Source: Hemiscyllium ocellatum | Lineage: Eukaryota | Length of the DNA stretch: 64,000 nucleotides | Direction of reading: 5' to 3' | NCBI RefSeq assembly: GCF_020745735.1 | Contig: NW_026867489.1 | Location: 186,001 to 250,000 of the forward strand | Part shown: piece after piece, positions 34,686 to 48,442 of the stretch | How the letters are laid out: the number at the start of each line of letters is the position of its first letter | How positions within the stretch are numbered: position 1 is the first letter of the stretch | The notes under the pieces: model-generated | The model's input: only the letters and a program-made list of their open reading frames with translations | Database searches by the model: none | What the model was told of the DNA's origin: nothing | Position numbers and translations under genes: made by a program

Positions 34686-34895
34686 TTCGTCCTCCACCTT
34701 GTCCGAATTGCCAAAGTTACAAACTTCTCAAGTTCAGATTTCAGTGACTCAATATTTGTCCTTGAGGAGAATGGATTTATGCTTTTATTTTCCTGTTCCT
34801 GCATCAACCCGTTTATTTATGCTGGAACCCAAAATAAATTCAGAATTGCGTTAAAGAATGAGATTAAATATCCATTGTGTCGATTTCTTAAATAA
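34686..34895 (+). pseudogene. 3' fragment (TM7 and C-tail) of a second GPR139-like GPCR paralog
   Basis: VRIAKVTNFSSSDFSDSIFVLEENGFMLLFSCSCINPFIYAGTQNKFRIALKNEIKYPLCRFLK*, homologous to about 21135-21341 but clearly diverged. Downstream homology continues to about 35630. Confidence 0.88.
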
Positions 34896-35654
34896 TTCAA
34901 AACATGAAAATGGAAATATTCTATGTTCGCCATCTGCAATGTTCCTAAAGTATAACGTAATAATACTAAGGCAAGAAATGTGCCATTTAAACAGACATAA
35001 TGTGTAGTAATAATGAGTAGTATCAGGAATTCTTGCACGTTTTATGCATTTGATGTTGTTTAATGTGACCAGATAAACCAATCTTTGTTGTTTTCCATAA
35101 TTACATACATAATGTAAACGTAAAAGACGATTTTTCTGAAATAAATCTAAACACTATATCCTGTATAATTGACTGAGGCCATGTTTCGTTAAAGTATCGG
35201 ATTTTAATGATCTATTGACCAAATAACTGAGCTATTTTCCATTGTGCCAAGCTATTGTTTTATGAACAGGAATGCAAGGGATTTCAGTGATCTGTCAAAA
35301 ATACTCCAAAATAAATTAAGCATAAATATACAATTGTGATGGAACTTAACCAAATGTTGTACCAAGGAATGTGAGACAATAATGTTTCTATGCTCAGTAG
35401 AAATAGCTTTCTGTCACTGAGTCTGAGAGATCAGTCTGGAGATCGAGTCAGCTCCATTTCTGAAATAGAAGAAGCGTTGAATTTATTCAATTTTTGGAGC
35501 TTTAGAAAGGTATCAACAAAATTTGCTGTGTATTCAGAACCTCTAATGTGTTTCCACACAATGAGTTCAGGTTGTGAGTCGAAGTATTGCCGGTAGCAGA
35601 ATAAATAATATTCATTGCTGGTGGGATAATACGAACAAGTCGAAATCCCTGCTA

Positions 35655-37895
35655 CAATGTAAAGTTGTTGTTCATTTATCCCATGAGTTCAGCACAGTTT
35701 ACGGGCAGATTTAAAGTTATAAATTAACTTAAAACAAGAACTGTGGTCGCAATTCATTCTAGTGCACAAATCCTTCGCAGTATTGTTAGATTTCTGTCAA
35801 TCGCAATGGTCTTGCAGCGCCCAATACTTTCATCCAGTGCTTCATGTGATGTGAAGTAAATGGAATTGGCTGAGGCCTGGCTTTTGTGATGATCAGTACA
35901 ACACCAACAAACAGCACCAATCTGCTGATCTGTTCTTACTCCTATTATATGGGATAATAACACCGCACATACTGTGGAGTTCGGTATTAGTTGGTTTTAT
36001 GGTGTATGTTGGTATTGTGGTGACTACAGATATGTCTGTTCTGTCATTCAATAAAAGCATGTCTGATCTGCATCAAGTAGAATCGCCAAACAACATCGTG
36101 CATCCTGCGAAATCACATATGCAGACGTTCTGGTGAATTCACCAAGACTGAACTCAAGGTTTCTGACTAAGAAACATTTGATGCTTGAGTATTCATTGTA
36201 CACTTGAGAAATGCCTCAGCCAACGGATAACCTCATTCGTTGAGTTCAATACGTGCAGTAATGTATCTTTTGCGAGAACTGGAAACCTCAGTAGGTGTAT
36301 CCAATGGTCGTTTCTCGTTATGATTTAGATTTAAATTTTTAGTTGAATGTTTTATCGTTATATTGACATGACCACGATTTTTCTGACAGCAGTTGAACAT
36401 AAACGGATTGACAAGTTCTCTGATTTCAGCGATTTTTTCCATTTGGTTTAATTTACGCTGGGAACATAGAGAAGCAGTTATAGTGGAAAGAGGGTCCATG
36501 CTTCATTCAATGATCTCTGGCTGATCCTCTCTGCAAGCTCTGACTTGGACGAACCTGTGCTTGAATTTACCTTTTTTTTTTACCAAGTGGTGTGTTTGTG
36601 GAATTCCAGAAATTGGAACAAGGTCATTAACTTCCCACAGAGTCGGTTGGTTTCTAAGATAATTTAAGTCATTGTATATTCCATTCTATTTTGTTTTGGT
36701 TTCAAATTGTCGTCTGTCCATAAATTCTGTTTTGTTTAAAACTGATTGGTTTGACCAGATTTGTCGGTCATGGAATGTCCACGTTTATTTGTTAAAAAAT
36801 TGAGAAAACTTAGGATCTGGTCTGCCTTGTTGAAATGTTTCAAGGGGTCTTGCTTGGTCCAGAACACATTTTAGCGCAAAAACAGCAAAAGAAAAGGGAA
36901 CGACCAGGTCACCTCGCCCCTTCCTCCATGAGACCGCACAGCCTGGAATTCAAAAACACAGATTCATCCATTCATCTGCGAACACACACGAGTGAATCAT
37001 CCCGGCACGATGCAGCGAGAATTTCACCATCACCACCGTCGAGTACCCAGGCCCAGGCTTGACTTAGAGCCATGCCACTTCCGCTGCTCTTTCACAGTCT
37101 GTTGTGTCTCAGCAGACATATTTTTGTCCATTCATGACACAAAAGTGCACTGCATTCTGCTGCTGATTATGTTGGATCGATTTCTGAGTTAAAGTGTTTG
37201 ATAGGAGCAGCACAAAACTTTGATAAAGTGAGTGTGCTTCAAGTTTTTCTTGGTTTTGAACCTAGGTGATATTTTCTTCAGATATTGCAGGATACGCTCC
37301 AATTTTCTTTATTTGTATCGTGCTTTAGTACTTACAAGTCATGTAGATACTCAATTATTGTGATTTTAGAGGAACTGTATATGAAACATATGCGGCAGTA
37401 TTCCACCAACGACTTGAATTCGTTGTTAACAACCCTCATCTTGTGTTCAAAGATGAAGCTTTAGCAAAATCCGTGACGACCTGGTTCTTAGCGAGGTTCT
37501 TATTCATAGAAGCTGGTTTCACTTCCGTCTGAATATTCCAAATTAAAATTGCAAAAAAAAATGCTAATTATCTGCACTCAGCTTTAATACACATTCTAAT
37601 GCATATCACCGAATTAATAGCTGCGTGTTAATAGCGTCCACGTTTTTATTAGCTCCTGTAAAGTGTTAAACTGTCGTGCAATTCCCTCGTAAGTCGTTTT
37701 TATCCAAATGGTGGTCTCACACACAAAATAAAACAAGAGCCAGTTTGGATTGGAGCCAACTGGGACTGAACTTGCCTCAGATTACATGGGCATTTGATCT
37801 GATTTTTGGAAGGACAAACTACACTGACCTGAAATTGCACATAAATATTGTTCCAGTTTTTGTGCAACTTATCAAGGCGCTGAACCAGATTTACG
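35655..37895 (+). repeat. Unit B, part 3: diverged paralog of 8617-8900 plus 13118-15106 (CR1 empty site)
   Basis: Collinear homology that skips the 4.2-kb CR1. Confidence 0.9.
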
Positions 37896-37995
37896 NNNNN
37901 NNNNNNNNNNNNNNNNNNNNNNNNNNNNNNNNNNNNNNNNNNNNNNNNNNNNNNNNNNNNNNNNNNNNNNNNNNNNNNNNNNNNNNNNNNNNNNN
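37896..37995. other. Assembly gap (100 N, probably a placeholder length)
   Basis: Run of exactly 100 N. Confidence 0.99.
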
Positions 37996-39580
37996 TTCTT
38001 TTCTGCTCTCGGTAAGGAACTGTTGCGAATTTAGTTGAGTTCACTCATACATTTTATCACTGATTTCGGCTTTACCTTACATTGTGTTTAGAAGCTGAAC
38101 GATGCAGATTCTGTCACTCAGTGGGAGAATCTCTTGAAAATGCACTACAGCTGAAATGATCATTACTTATTCTGGTACTGTTTAAAGTTTGATGAAGATT
38201 TGTAGCTCGGGTATCCGTTTGTTGTGGGTTCTGTTCGCCGAGCTGAAAGTTTTTGCTGCAAACGTTTCGTTCCCTGGCTAGGGAACATCATCAGTGCTGT
38301 TTGAGCCTCGTGTGAAGCGCTGCTTTGATGTTTCTTCCGGTATTTATGTTGGTTTGTTCTTGCCGCTTCCGGGTGTCAGTTTCAGCTGCCGTGATTTGTA
38401 TATGGGGTCCAGGTCGATGTGTCTGTTGATGGATGTTCTTGCCGCTTCGGGTGTCAGTTTCAGCTGTCGTGGTTTGTATATGGGGTCCAGGTCAATGTGT
38501 CTGTTGATGGAGTTTGGGGATGAATGCCATTCTTCTTGGAATTCTCTGGCTGTTCTCTGTCTGGCTTGTCCTATGATAGTGGTGTTTTCCCAGTCAAATT
38601 CATGTTGCTGGTTGTCTGAGTGTATGGCTACTAGGGATAGCTGGTCGTGTCGTTTTGTGGCTAGCTGATGTTCATGGATGCGGATTGTTAGCTGTCTTCC
38701 TGTTTGTCCTATATAGTGTTTTGTGCAGTCCTTGCATGGTATTTTGTAAACTACGTTAGTTTGGTCATGCTGGGTATTGAGTCCTTTGTTCTAGTGAGTT
38801 GTTGTCTGAGCGTGGATGTTGGCTTGTGTGCTGTTATGTGTCCTAAGGGTCGCAGTAGTCTGGCTGTCAGTTCTGAGACGCTCCTGACGTATGGCAGAGT
38901 GGCTAGTCCTTTTGGTTGTGGCATGTCCTCGTTCCGTGGTCTATCTCTTAGGCATCTGGTGATAAAGTTCCGTGGGTATCCGTTTTTGGCGAATACCTTG
39001 TATAGATGTTCCTCTTCCTCTTTTCGCAGTTCTGGTGTGCTGCAGTGTGTTGTGGCCCTTTTGAATAGTGTCCTGATGCAGCTTCGTTTGTGTGTGTTGG
39101 GGTGGTTACTTTCATAGTTTAAGACTTGGTCTGTGTGTGTTGGTTTCCTGTGTACCCTTGTGGTGAATTCTCCGTTGGGTGTTCTCTTACTAACACGTCG
39201 AGGAATGGGAGTTGGCTATCCTTTTCCTCTTCTCGTATGAATCGGATTCCTGTGAGTGTGGCGTTGATGATTCGGTGTGTTTTTTCTATACCTGTGTTTT
39301 TGATGATTACAAAGGTGTCATCAACATATCGGATCCAGAGTTTGGGTTGGATTTGTGGTAGGGCTATATGTTCTAACCTTTGCATAACTGGTACTGTTTG
39401 TAGCCGGGCAGACAGTCCGAGTTCGCAATCCAGAGGTAAAAAAGTATTATTTCTGAAAACAAGGCGGATTTCTCTCAGAACCGCTTTCCTGATACCGTCC
39501 AGCAGGCAGAGAAGTTTTACTGATTGACCATCTCAGAGCTGGTGCTATCAGACACCGCAGTCTATTAATGTGGAACCGCT
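37996..39580 (+). pseudogene. V1 pseudogene, copy A' (leader truncated by the gap; Penelope-interrupted)
   Basis: Same sequence as 2665-4252; degenerate RSS CAGAGTA/23/ACAATATTT at 39581-39619. Confidence 0.88.
38184..39387 (-). mobile_element. Penelope-like element, copy A'
   Basis: TSD ctggtactgttt at 38172-38183 and 39388-39399; the ORF is broken by 1-bp indels relative to copy A. Confidence 0.9.
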
Positions 39581-41000
39581 CAGAGTAATGGGAAAGAGTG
39601 AAAGCCTTGTACAATATTTGCTGCAGTATCTGTTTATCAGTTGCTGCCTGTTGAGCGCTGTTTATAACGGGTTATACACTGACACTTAGGAACATTCCTG
39701 TGAAGAAATGCTTGAAGACTATCTGTCAGAAGAAAATCTAAAGTCATTCACATGGATTGGTGATATTGATTATTGAACTGATTATGAGACGTATGTCATT
39801 GGCACCTTTGTATTTGGTGATGTGTGGAAAGCCCCGCTCACTTTCATTGAGAATACAGATTGTGAAACTGGCTTGTCAATAACTGTATCCACTGATCTAC
39901 GGATTGAAAAAGCCTGGAATCTCATCATTTTCGATAAGACATACTGAATGAACAGCAGTCGGTCATTGATGAAAATCTGAATCATCACACTAACCTGATT
40001 GAACATATCTCAATATTGAAGTACACATATTAAAGATTGAAAACCCACAATAATGCAAAATATACAGAGAATATTTTCGGGATATGATGAGAAGTTAACT
40101 AGCTATGACATTATCAGAAAAGGAATTACAAAATGTTAACAGGAATAAAGAATATGAGGTACAATGAGAGCTGAGACACCTTTACCCTGAGAGAAAGAAA
40201 GAGTAGGATGTGGAAAGACGAACAAAAAGAGGTCATAACATTATCAGGGGTGTGTATAAGGTCAATGTTAAAGGTCTCTTCACCTGGGTACGCGAGTTCA
40301 AACGTGGAGTACAATTTTTTAAGCTGAAAGGGGAAAGATTTGAGGGAACGTTTGGGGTAATTTTGTCACGTAGGGGTTGATGTGTACGTGCAATTAATAG
40401 CCCGAGAAAGAGGTAGATTCAGGAGCAATTATAACATCTCAGAGACGTTTATGAAGGCACGAGTTGGACAGAATGAATTGTATCTTTGTTGCATTGCTCC
40501 GTGACTCTAATCAGAGAGAACAGGCGCTCTTCGTTCTTGCAAAATTTGGTATCAAAACATCTGATTGCAAAAAAAGTGGTCATTGTAGCGAATATTAATC
40601 GAGATTTTAGGAACTTGAATTCATTTGTTCAGGCATTTTATGAGTAAAATGTATCTGTTTTATTATTTTCTTACCCATCTTACAGTGCGATCCTGCTGCT
40701 TTGAAATATTCATTGCTGATTCGAAAACATGGCCAGGTCGGATATTTTGGGAAGATTTCTTGTGTGCATCTGTGTAACAATAGAGAAGAAATTCCCTAAT
40801 CTCTTGCATTGCTTATTGTTCGAATGTATTCGATATAAGACAGAGAGCAAACCCAGTCCAGTGAGGCGCTGTTAACTTTTAGATTATTCAGTATTTGGAT
40901 ACATTTTGAAAGCATACGTTTCTCTCCAGTCGTCCCGTGACGCCCTCCATCCTCCTTTCCATACATGCACCATTTAATGAGTTTTGTTTCATTGCGTCAG

Positions 41001-41039
41001 AGTTTTTGTACGAGACTGGCTCTCCTTCCTGTCACTGTG
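41001..41039 (-). promoter_or_regulatory. Canonical 23-RSS of V2, copy A'
   Basis: Minus strand: CACAGTG + 23 nt + ACAAAAACT. Confidence 0.95.
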
Positions 41040-41567
41040 TCTCTCAGTCCACAGTAATACACCGCGCTGTCAGACAGCTGCAGCTCACCAATGGTGAAAT
41101 TGCCTTCACTGTTCGACGTGTCCAGAGACGACAAACTCGAGGCCCCACTCCCTCATCTCTGAAAGGAACTCCGTAGCTAGGGATGTACATCAAGAACGTC
41201 AGAGATTTTCTGCGGTACTGACGGTACAACTGTATAGAATATGAGTTATGTTGGACCGAATATTTGAATTTAATAGTCACTGAGTCTCCTTCGAACAATT
41301 TGATCGCAGTCAGCTCTTGTGAAATCGAATCTGTGCTATTAGCACCTGTAGCAATTTGGAAATAAACGAAAAATTACTTGTCATAATCTCGTTTTAATAA
41401 AATAATGTCAAGAATGTGCAAAAATACGTCACAAATAGCGAGGTAAATTTAGTTACAGGAAAGGCAACCATACCAATGTCAATTATCAGCAACATTTGCC
41501 ACTTCTTGAACTTACCAGTTAAGAATTCTGCAGCAGTCATCAATGAGTAAAATGTAAAAAGCAACAT
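41040..41567 (-). pseudogene. V2 pseudogene, copy A'
   Basis: Leader 41567-41516, V exon 41345-41040. Same F23, L41 and FR3 frameshift as copy A. Confidence 0.93.
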
Positions 41568-44228
41568 GCTTGCAAAGCAGGGGGTGAGCTTGAGCAAGGG
41601 GAAATGAAAGTAGATTTTCTTTGTTCAGAGACGGTGGTGGGACTGAACACTGCAAACTGAAACTGAAGGGTTTTTAAAGCTGATATTCTGTCATATCCTT
41701 TCTTCCTGACAACTGGTTCTTTCGCATAATCATCGACAGGTGGCAGTACAGTTGTGCTTCTTTATCAAGGGCACAGTGAGTCCAAATGCAAGATATTGAC
41801 TACAACACTCTTGTCCTTCTTTAAGGAATGTGAACAATGATTTGGAATTCACATGAGGGATTATTTCCCAGACTAATTCCAGGAAAGAAAGGACTGCCCA
41901 GCAAGTGCTCTTCTCACCAACCTTGAACTTCATGTGTTATTGAAATGTGGAGAAAAGAAATAAACAGTGGTGATTGTATCTCCAGGTTCCAGCTCTTAGA
42001 ATTTGATAGCAATTTATCTTGTTGACTCCAAATCGCGTTGATCATTCGCAATAATTGCACACAGACTCCAGAACAAGATAAAAAAGCATCTGTGCAATCT
42101 CGGCAAGTTTGCATTTACAGATTATAACGCTAATAAAACGCCAATTAAAACAATAGTTGATGATGTGTGGCAAAGCTATTCGTTTTATTACAGTAGAATA
42201 ATTACTTTTTCATTTATTTGTGTGAAAATCTGGAAGTAGAGTTTTTGTATTGCATAATGTATTTAATCATCACTCTGTGTGTTGTAGTAGGAATGTGGTT
42301 ATAGTGATAAGTGAAACTGTCTTCAATTCTCATGGATTGAATCTCCTTTGAAAATGTCTGTGTTCCTATAGTCATCTGTTTCAACAAATCTGACTCTGCT
42401 GGAGATCCACTCCTTGTCTTTCCCGGTTTGGCATTGCCTGAGGAAGTATATTAGAAGTAATTATCCTAGTTGTGAATGTAATAAACACAACGAATGTTGA
42501 GCGACTATTCTGATTTCTCGTCACCATGGGCGGGATCTGTGTCACAAACTGACTGAAAGCGACTGGAAATTACACAAATTACAAGTTTAGATAATTGGTA
42601 ATCGTAGCAAAATAAAACAACAAACGGTGATAACCTCGCGGCAATGTTAGCAAATGACGTGATTGTGGGCATCATTATTTTGAATCAAAATAAGGTCGGT
42701 TTATTTCATCAGTACTCTTGTATCCAGATAAACGGAGTGGAAATAAAACACGTGTTTCTGCCACCTCCAGATGATGATTTGCATTACGTGCAGGGGATGC
42801 CTGCAGCCAAGAAGTATTGAGGGAGACTCGACTTCGGGGTTGGACTGGAATATTGGAAAGAATCGAACAGATCTGCTCGTGGAATCTCCTGAGATTACTG
42901 ATGGGCGGGACGGTTACCTGAAATCACTTAGTGAACTATTTGAATTCGCAAGATTTAAAGAGGGATCACGTGGTGGTCTGTTAAGCCGATGTGAATGCTG
43001 TGCCCAAATTGGGATGATATCAATGGCATTTGGGATGAGCTTGTGACTTGGTGAAGTCGTTTAACTTCGATCACATGAGTGAGGAAGGAAATCAATTCTT
43101 ACACTTTCATTGGGTGCGTCATATTCCAAAGAGCAGCAACTCGACTCATTGATTAGTCAACGTACAGGCAAATGGAAACAAAATGCATTAAGAATAAATG
43201 TTCTGTGTCATTTTAGCCAATGTTTCTTTCCTCCTCCAACGAAGGTTTCATTAAACAATAACGTTCTGCACACGTTGTGCTTCCCTGACATACACCGCTC
43301 ACTGCTACAGTGACAGGGAATAAAGCGGCATCCGAAAAAGCAATGGATATTTTGTTAACTTTTGAAAAAAATATATACTGTTTGTTTTTGATTGGGTTTG
43401 CCGAGGTTACTCTGGCAATGGAGCTGATAGTATTATGTTGATGTCTCCATATCAAAGCAGATTCGTTGCGGTATCACAAATAATGATTTATCATGAACAT
43501 ACAACATTTTTTCCAATACTGTCGACCTGTCAAAACAACACTGCATCATGCCACTTCTTTGTTTACATTCAACTAGACGTCAGATTTTGCACTCGACTAT
43601 ATATGAGTGAATACTTTACTGTAGCACAAACTCTGTTGTTTTTCTGATGAGAAGGGGCTGTGCCTCAGGTGTTTTTGCATTGGACCGTGCCGTGTTTTAT
43701 ATGTTCTTGATCATGTCTCTCTGCACTTGATGTTATGATTTCTATTCCATGTTTTAATAATTAATTACTATTCCTCCATTTAAATTTCCAACTTCCCCTC
43801 CCCATCCCAAAAAAAATCTGTCGTCATTCTTAAGTATTTTGGCATAACATCTGAACATGTGGGACAGGCTGAAGGTCTGAACACTCTATTCCTGATACTT
43901 ATAGGCATGAATGCATGCTCACCTTTATTTCAAATACGTGCTGAAATGTAATGTTGTTTTTCATTTATCCCATGAGTTCAGCACAGTTTACGGGCAGATT
44001 TAAAGTTATAAATTCACTCAAAACAAGAACTGTGGTCTCAATTCACTCTAGCACAAATCTTTCGCAGTATTGTTAGACTGCTGTCAGTCACAATGGTCTT
44101 GCAGCGCCCAGTACTTTCATTCAGTGCTTCATGTGATGTGAAGTAAATGGAATTGGCTGAGGCCCGGCTTTTGTGATGATCAGTAGAACACCAACAAACA
44201 GCACCCATCAGCTGATCTGTTCTTACTC

Positions 44229-47200
44229 ATAGAACATAGAACAAGACAGCACAGAACAGGCCCTTCGGCCCACGATGTTGTGCCGAAAATCTATCCTAGA
44301 TTAAGCACCCATCCATGTACCTATCCAAATGCCGCTTAAAGGTCGCCAATGATTCTGACTCTACCACTCCCACGGGCAGCGCATTCCATGCCCCCACCAC
44401 TCTCTGGGTAAAAAACCCACCCCTGACATCTCCCCTATACCTTCCACCCTTCACCTTAAATTTATGTCCCTTTGTAACACACTGTTGTACCCAGGGAAAA
44501 AGTTTCTGACTGTCTACTCTATCTATTCCTCTGATCATCTTATAAACTTCATCCTTCGCCGCTCCAACGAGAAAAGGCCAAGAACTCTCAACCTATCCTC
44601 GTACGACCTATTCTCCATTCCAGGCAACATCCTGGTAAATCTTCTCTGCACCCTCTACAAAGCTTCCACATCTTTCCTAAAGTGAGGCGACCAGAACTGC
44701 ACACAGTACTCCAAATGTGGCCTAACCAAAGATCTGTACAGCTGCAACATCACTTCACGACTCTTGAATTCAATCCCTCTGCTAATGAACGCTAATACAC
44801 CATCGGCCTTCTTACAAACTCTATCCACCTGAGTGGCAACTTTCAAAGATCTATGTACATAGACCCCAAGATCCCTCTGTTCCTCCACCTGACTAAGAAC
44901 TCTACCGTTAACCCTGTATTCCGCTTTCTTATTTGTTCTTCCAAAATGGACAACCTCACACTTGGCAGGGTTGAACTCCATCTGCCACTCCTCAGCCCAG
45001 CTCTGCATCATGTCTAAGTCCCTTTGCTGCCGACAACAGCCCTCCTCACTGTCCACAACTCCACCAATCTTCGTATCATCTGCAAATTTACTGACCCACC
45101 CTTCGACTCCCTCATCCAAGTCATTAATAAAAATTACAAACAGCAGAGGACCCAGAACTGATCCCTGCGGAACTCTACTTGTAACTGGGCTCCAGGCTGA
45201 ATATTTACCATCTGCCACCACTCTCTGACGACGACCGGTTAGCCAGTTTTCTATCCAATTGGCCAAATGTCCCTCTATCCCATGCCTCCTGACTTTCTGC
45301 ATAAGCCTACCATGGGGAACATTATCAAATGCCTTACTAAAATCCATGTACACTACATCCACTGCTCTACCCTCATCCACTTACTTGGTCACCTCCTTGA
45401 AGAATTCAATAAGACTTGTAAGGCAAGACCTACCCTTCACAAATCCGTGTTGGCTGTCCCTAATCAAGCAGTGTCTTTCCAGATACTCATAAATCCTATC
45501 CCTCAGTACCCTTTCCATTACTTTGCCTACCACAGAAGTAAGACTAACTGGCCTGTAATTCCCGGGGTTACCCCACTCCCTTTTTTGAACACGGGCACAA
45601 CATTCGCTACTATCCAGTCCCCTGGTAACACCCCCGTTGACAGTGAAGACGAAAAGATTATTGCCAACGGTACTGCAATTTCCTTTTTTGCTTTCCACAT
45701 TGTCCTAGGATATATCCCGTCAGGCCGGGGGACTTGTCTATCCTCAAGTTGTTCAAAATGTCCAACACATCTTCCTTCCTAATAAGTATCTCTTCTAGCT
45801 TACCAGTCCGTTTCACACTCTCCTCTTCAACAATACGGTCCATCTCGTTCGTAAATACTGAAGAAAAGTACTTGTTCAAGACCTCTCCTATCTCTTCCGA
45901 CTCAATACACAATCTCCCACTACTGTCCTTGATCGGACCTATCCTCGTTCTCGTCATTCTCAGGTTTCTCACATACGCATAAAATGCCTTGGGGTTATCC
46001 TTGATTCAATCCGCCAAGGATTTTTCATGCCCTCTCGTAGCTCTCCTAATCCCTTTCTTCAGGTCCCTTCTGGCTACCCTGTAACCCTCCACTGCTCTGT
46101 CTGAACCCTGTTTCCTCAACCTTATGTAAGCCTCCTTCTTCCTCTTTTCTAGACATTCAACCTCCCTCGTCAACCAAGGCTCCCTCACACGACCATTTCT
46201 TTCCTGCCTGATAGGTACATATATATCAAGGACACGTCGTATCTGCTCCTTGAAAAAGTTCCACATTTCCACCACATCCTTCCCTGACAGCCTATGCTCC
46301 CAACTTATGCTCCTCAAATCCTGTCTTACTGCATCGTAATTTCCCTTCCCCCAACTGTAAAATCTACCTTGTTGTGCGCACCTATCTCTCTCCATAACCA
46401 AGGTGAAAGTCACAGAATTGGGGTCACCATCACCAAAATGTTCACCCACTAACAAGCCCATCACTTGTCCCGGTTCATTACCGAGTACCAAATCCAATAT
46501 AGCCTCCCCTCTGGTTGGACAATCTACATACTGAATTAGAAAAGCTTCCTGGCACACTGCACGAACACAGCCCCATCCAATCTACTTGATCTAAAGAGCT
46601 TCCAATCAATATTTGGGAAGTTGAAGTCGGTCATGACTACGATCTGTGGCTTCTGCACCATTTCCAAAATCTGTTTTCCAATCTGTTTCTCCACATCTCT
46701 GCTGCTCTTGGGGGGCCTATAGTAAACACCCAACAAGGTGACTGCACCTTTCCTATTTCTGACTTCAGCCCATACTACCTCCAAAGGCAGATCCCCCTCA
46801 AACTTCCTTTATGCCGCCGTTATACCATTTCTAGTTAGCAATGCCACCCCCCTCCTTTTTTACCACCCTCTCTAATCTTACTGAAACATCTGTAACCAGA
46901 AACCTCCAACAACCATTCCTGTACCTCATCTATCCACGTTTCCGTGATGGCCACAACATCGTAGCCCCAGGTACCGATCCACGCCTTAAGTTCACCCACC
47001 TTATTTCTGATACTCCTTGCGTTGAAGTATACGCACTTGAGCCCATCTCTGTGTCCGCAAGTATTCCCTGTCTGTGCTACCTTCTCCACAGCCTCCCTAC
47101 ATTCTTCGACATTCTGACACACAGCTAGCTTACTTGCTGGACTACAAGTCCAGATCCCATCACCCTGCCAAATTAGTTTAAACCCCCCCGAAGAGTGCTA

Positions 47201-48442
47201 GCAAACCTACACCCCAGGATATTGGTGCCCTTCTGGTTCAGGTGCAACCCGTCCTATTTGTACAGGTCGCACCTTCCCCAGAATGCAGTCCAATTGTCCA
47301 AATACCTGAAGCCCTCCCTCCTACACCATCCTTGCAGCCACGTGTTCAACTGCACTCTCTCCCTATTCCTTGCCTCACTGTCACGTGGCACCGGCAACAA
47401 CCCAGAGATGACATCTCTGTCTGTCCTAGCTTTTAGCTTCCAGCCTAACTCCCTGAGCTCTTGAATAACCTCCTCACCCCTCCTCCTACCTATGTCGTTG
47501 GTGCCAATGTGTACCACGACTTCTGGCTGCACACCTTCCCTGTTAAGGATTCTGAAGACACGGTCCGAGACGTCTCGGACCCTGGCACCCGGGAGGCAAC
47601 AAACCATTCGAGAGTCTCGCCGATGTCCACAGAACCGCCTGTCCGTCCCTCTAACTAGAGAATCTCCTATAACGAGCGCTATCCTCCTCTCCGCCTTTCC
47701 CTTCTGAGTCTCAGAGCCAGACCTCACGCCACAAACCCCTTCACTGCAGCTTACACTTGCAAGGCTGTCCCCCTCAACAGTTTCCAAAGCTGTATACTTA
47801 TTGTTTAGGGGAAAGACCACAGGGGAACCCTGCACTGCCTGCTTCTTCCCCTTCCCACCTCTAACTGTTACCCAGCTACCTCTGTTCTCTGGCGTAACTA
47901 TGTCCCTGTAGCCTCTTTCAATCACCCTCGCAGCCTCACGAATAATCCTCAATTCATCCAACTCCTGTTCCAGTTCCCTAACTCGTTCGGTGAGGAGCAG
48001 GACCTGACTGCATTTCCTGCAGACGAAATTGGCAGGAGTATCGATGGTCACCCCTACCTCAAACATCCTGCAGGAGGAACATTCCACCGCCTGTGCTGCC
48101 ATGACTGTACACTGTCTCCAAAACACACCCACTCAAATACTAATTACTTACCTTCCCAACCAGCTCTGCGCTCCAACCTCACTTCCGCTGCTCCCACTCA
48201 AATGACCGTTGGTGTTAAAGGGTGAATGTTTATACTCACTGTTCTCCTTCCCGGCTGCCCCTCTGCTTGCCGTCACTTCCTCTGCTGCTCCCGCTCTTTC
48301 TGTGAAGAGAGAGAAGAAAAAAACACCGCTGCCCGCTACTGGTAAGTAATTTTAAAACAAATTGTCTTACCTTAGCTGCAGTCTCCCAGGTTCGCTTTTA
48401 CTCGGCCGCTGCTCCCACTCAAAAAAATACAAAAAAAACCCA
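44229..48442 (-). mobile_element. Near full-length CR1 LINE, copy A'
   Basis: Same insertion point and ACTC duplication (44225-44228, 48443-48446). Confidence 0.95.
47254..48132 (-). CDS. CR1 ORF1 protein (zinc-finger-like plus SGNH esterase), copy A', ending at a probably premature TAG
   Basis: 292-aa ORF with GDSL, CLPGA and HIGTND blocks. Confidence 0.88.
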   Translation of the reverse strand: MGVFWRQCTVMAAQAVECSSCRMFEVGVTIDTPANFVCRKCSQVLLLTERVRELEQELDELRIIREAARVIERGYRDIVTPENRGSWVTVRGGKGKKQAVQGSPVVFPLNNKYTALETVEGDSLASVSCSEGVCGVRSGSETQKGKAERRIALVIGDSLVRGTDRRFCGHRRDSRMVCCLPGARVRDVSDRVFRILNREGVQPEVVVHIGTNDIGRRRGEEVIQELRELGWKLKARTDRDVISGLLPVPRDSEARNRERVQLNTWLQGWCRREGFRYLDNWTAFWGRCDLYK

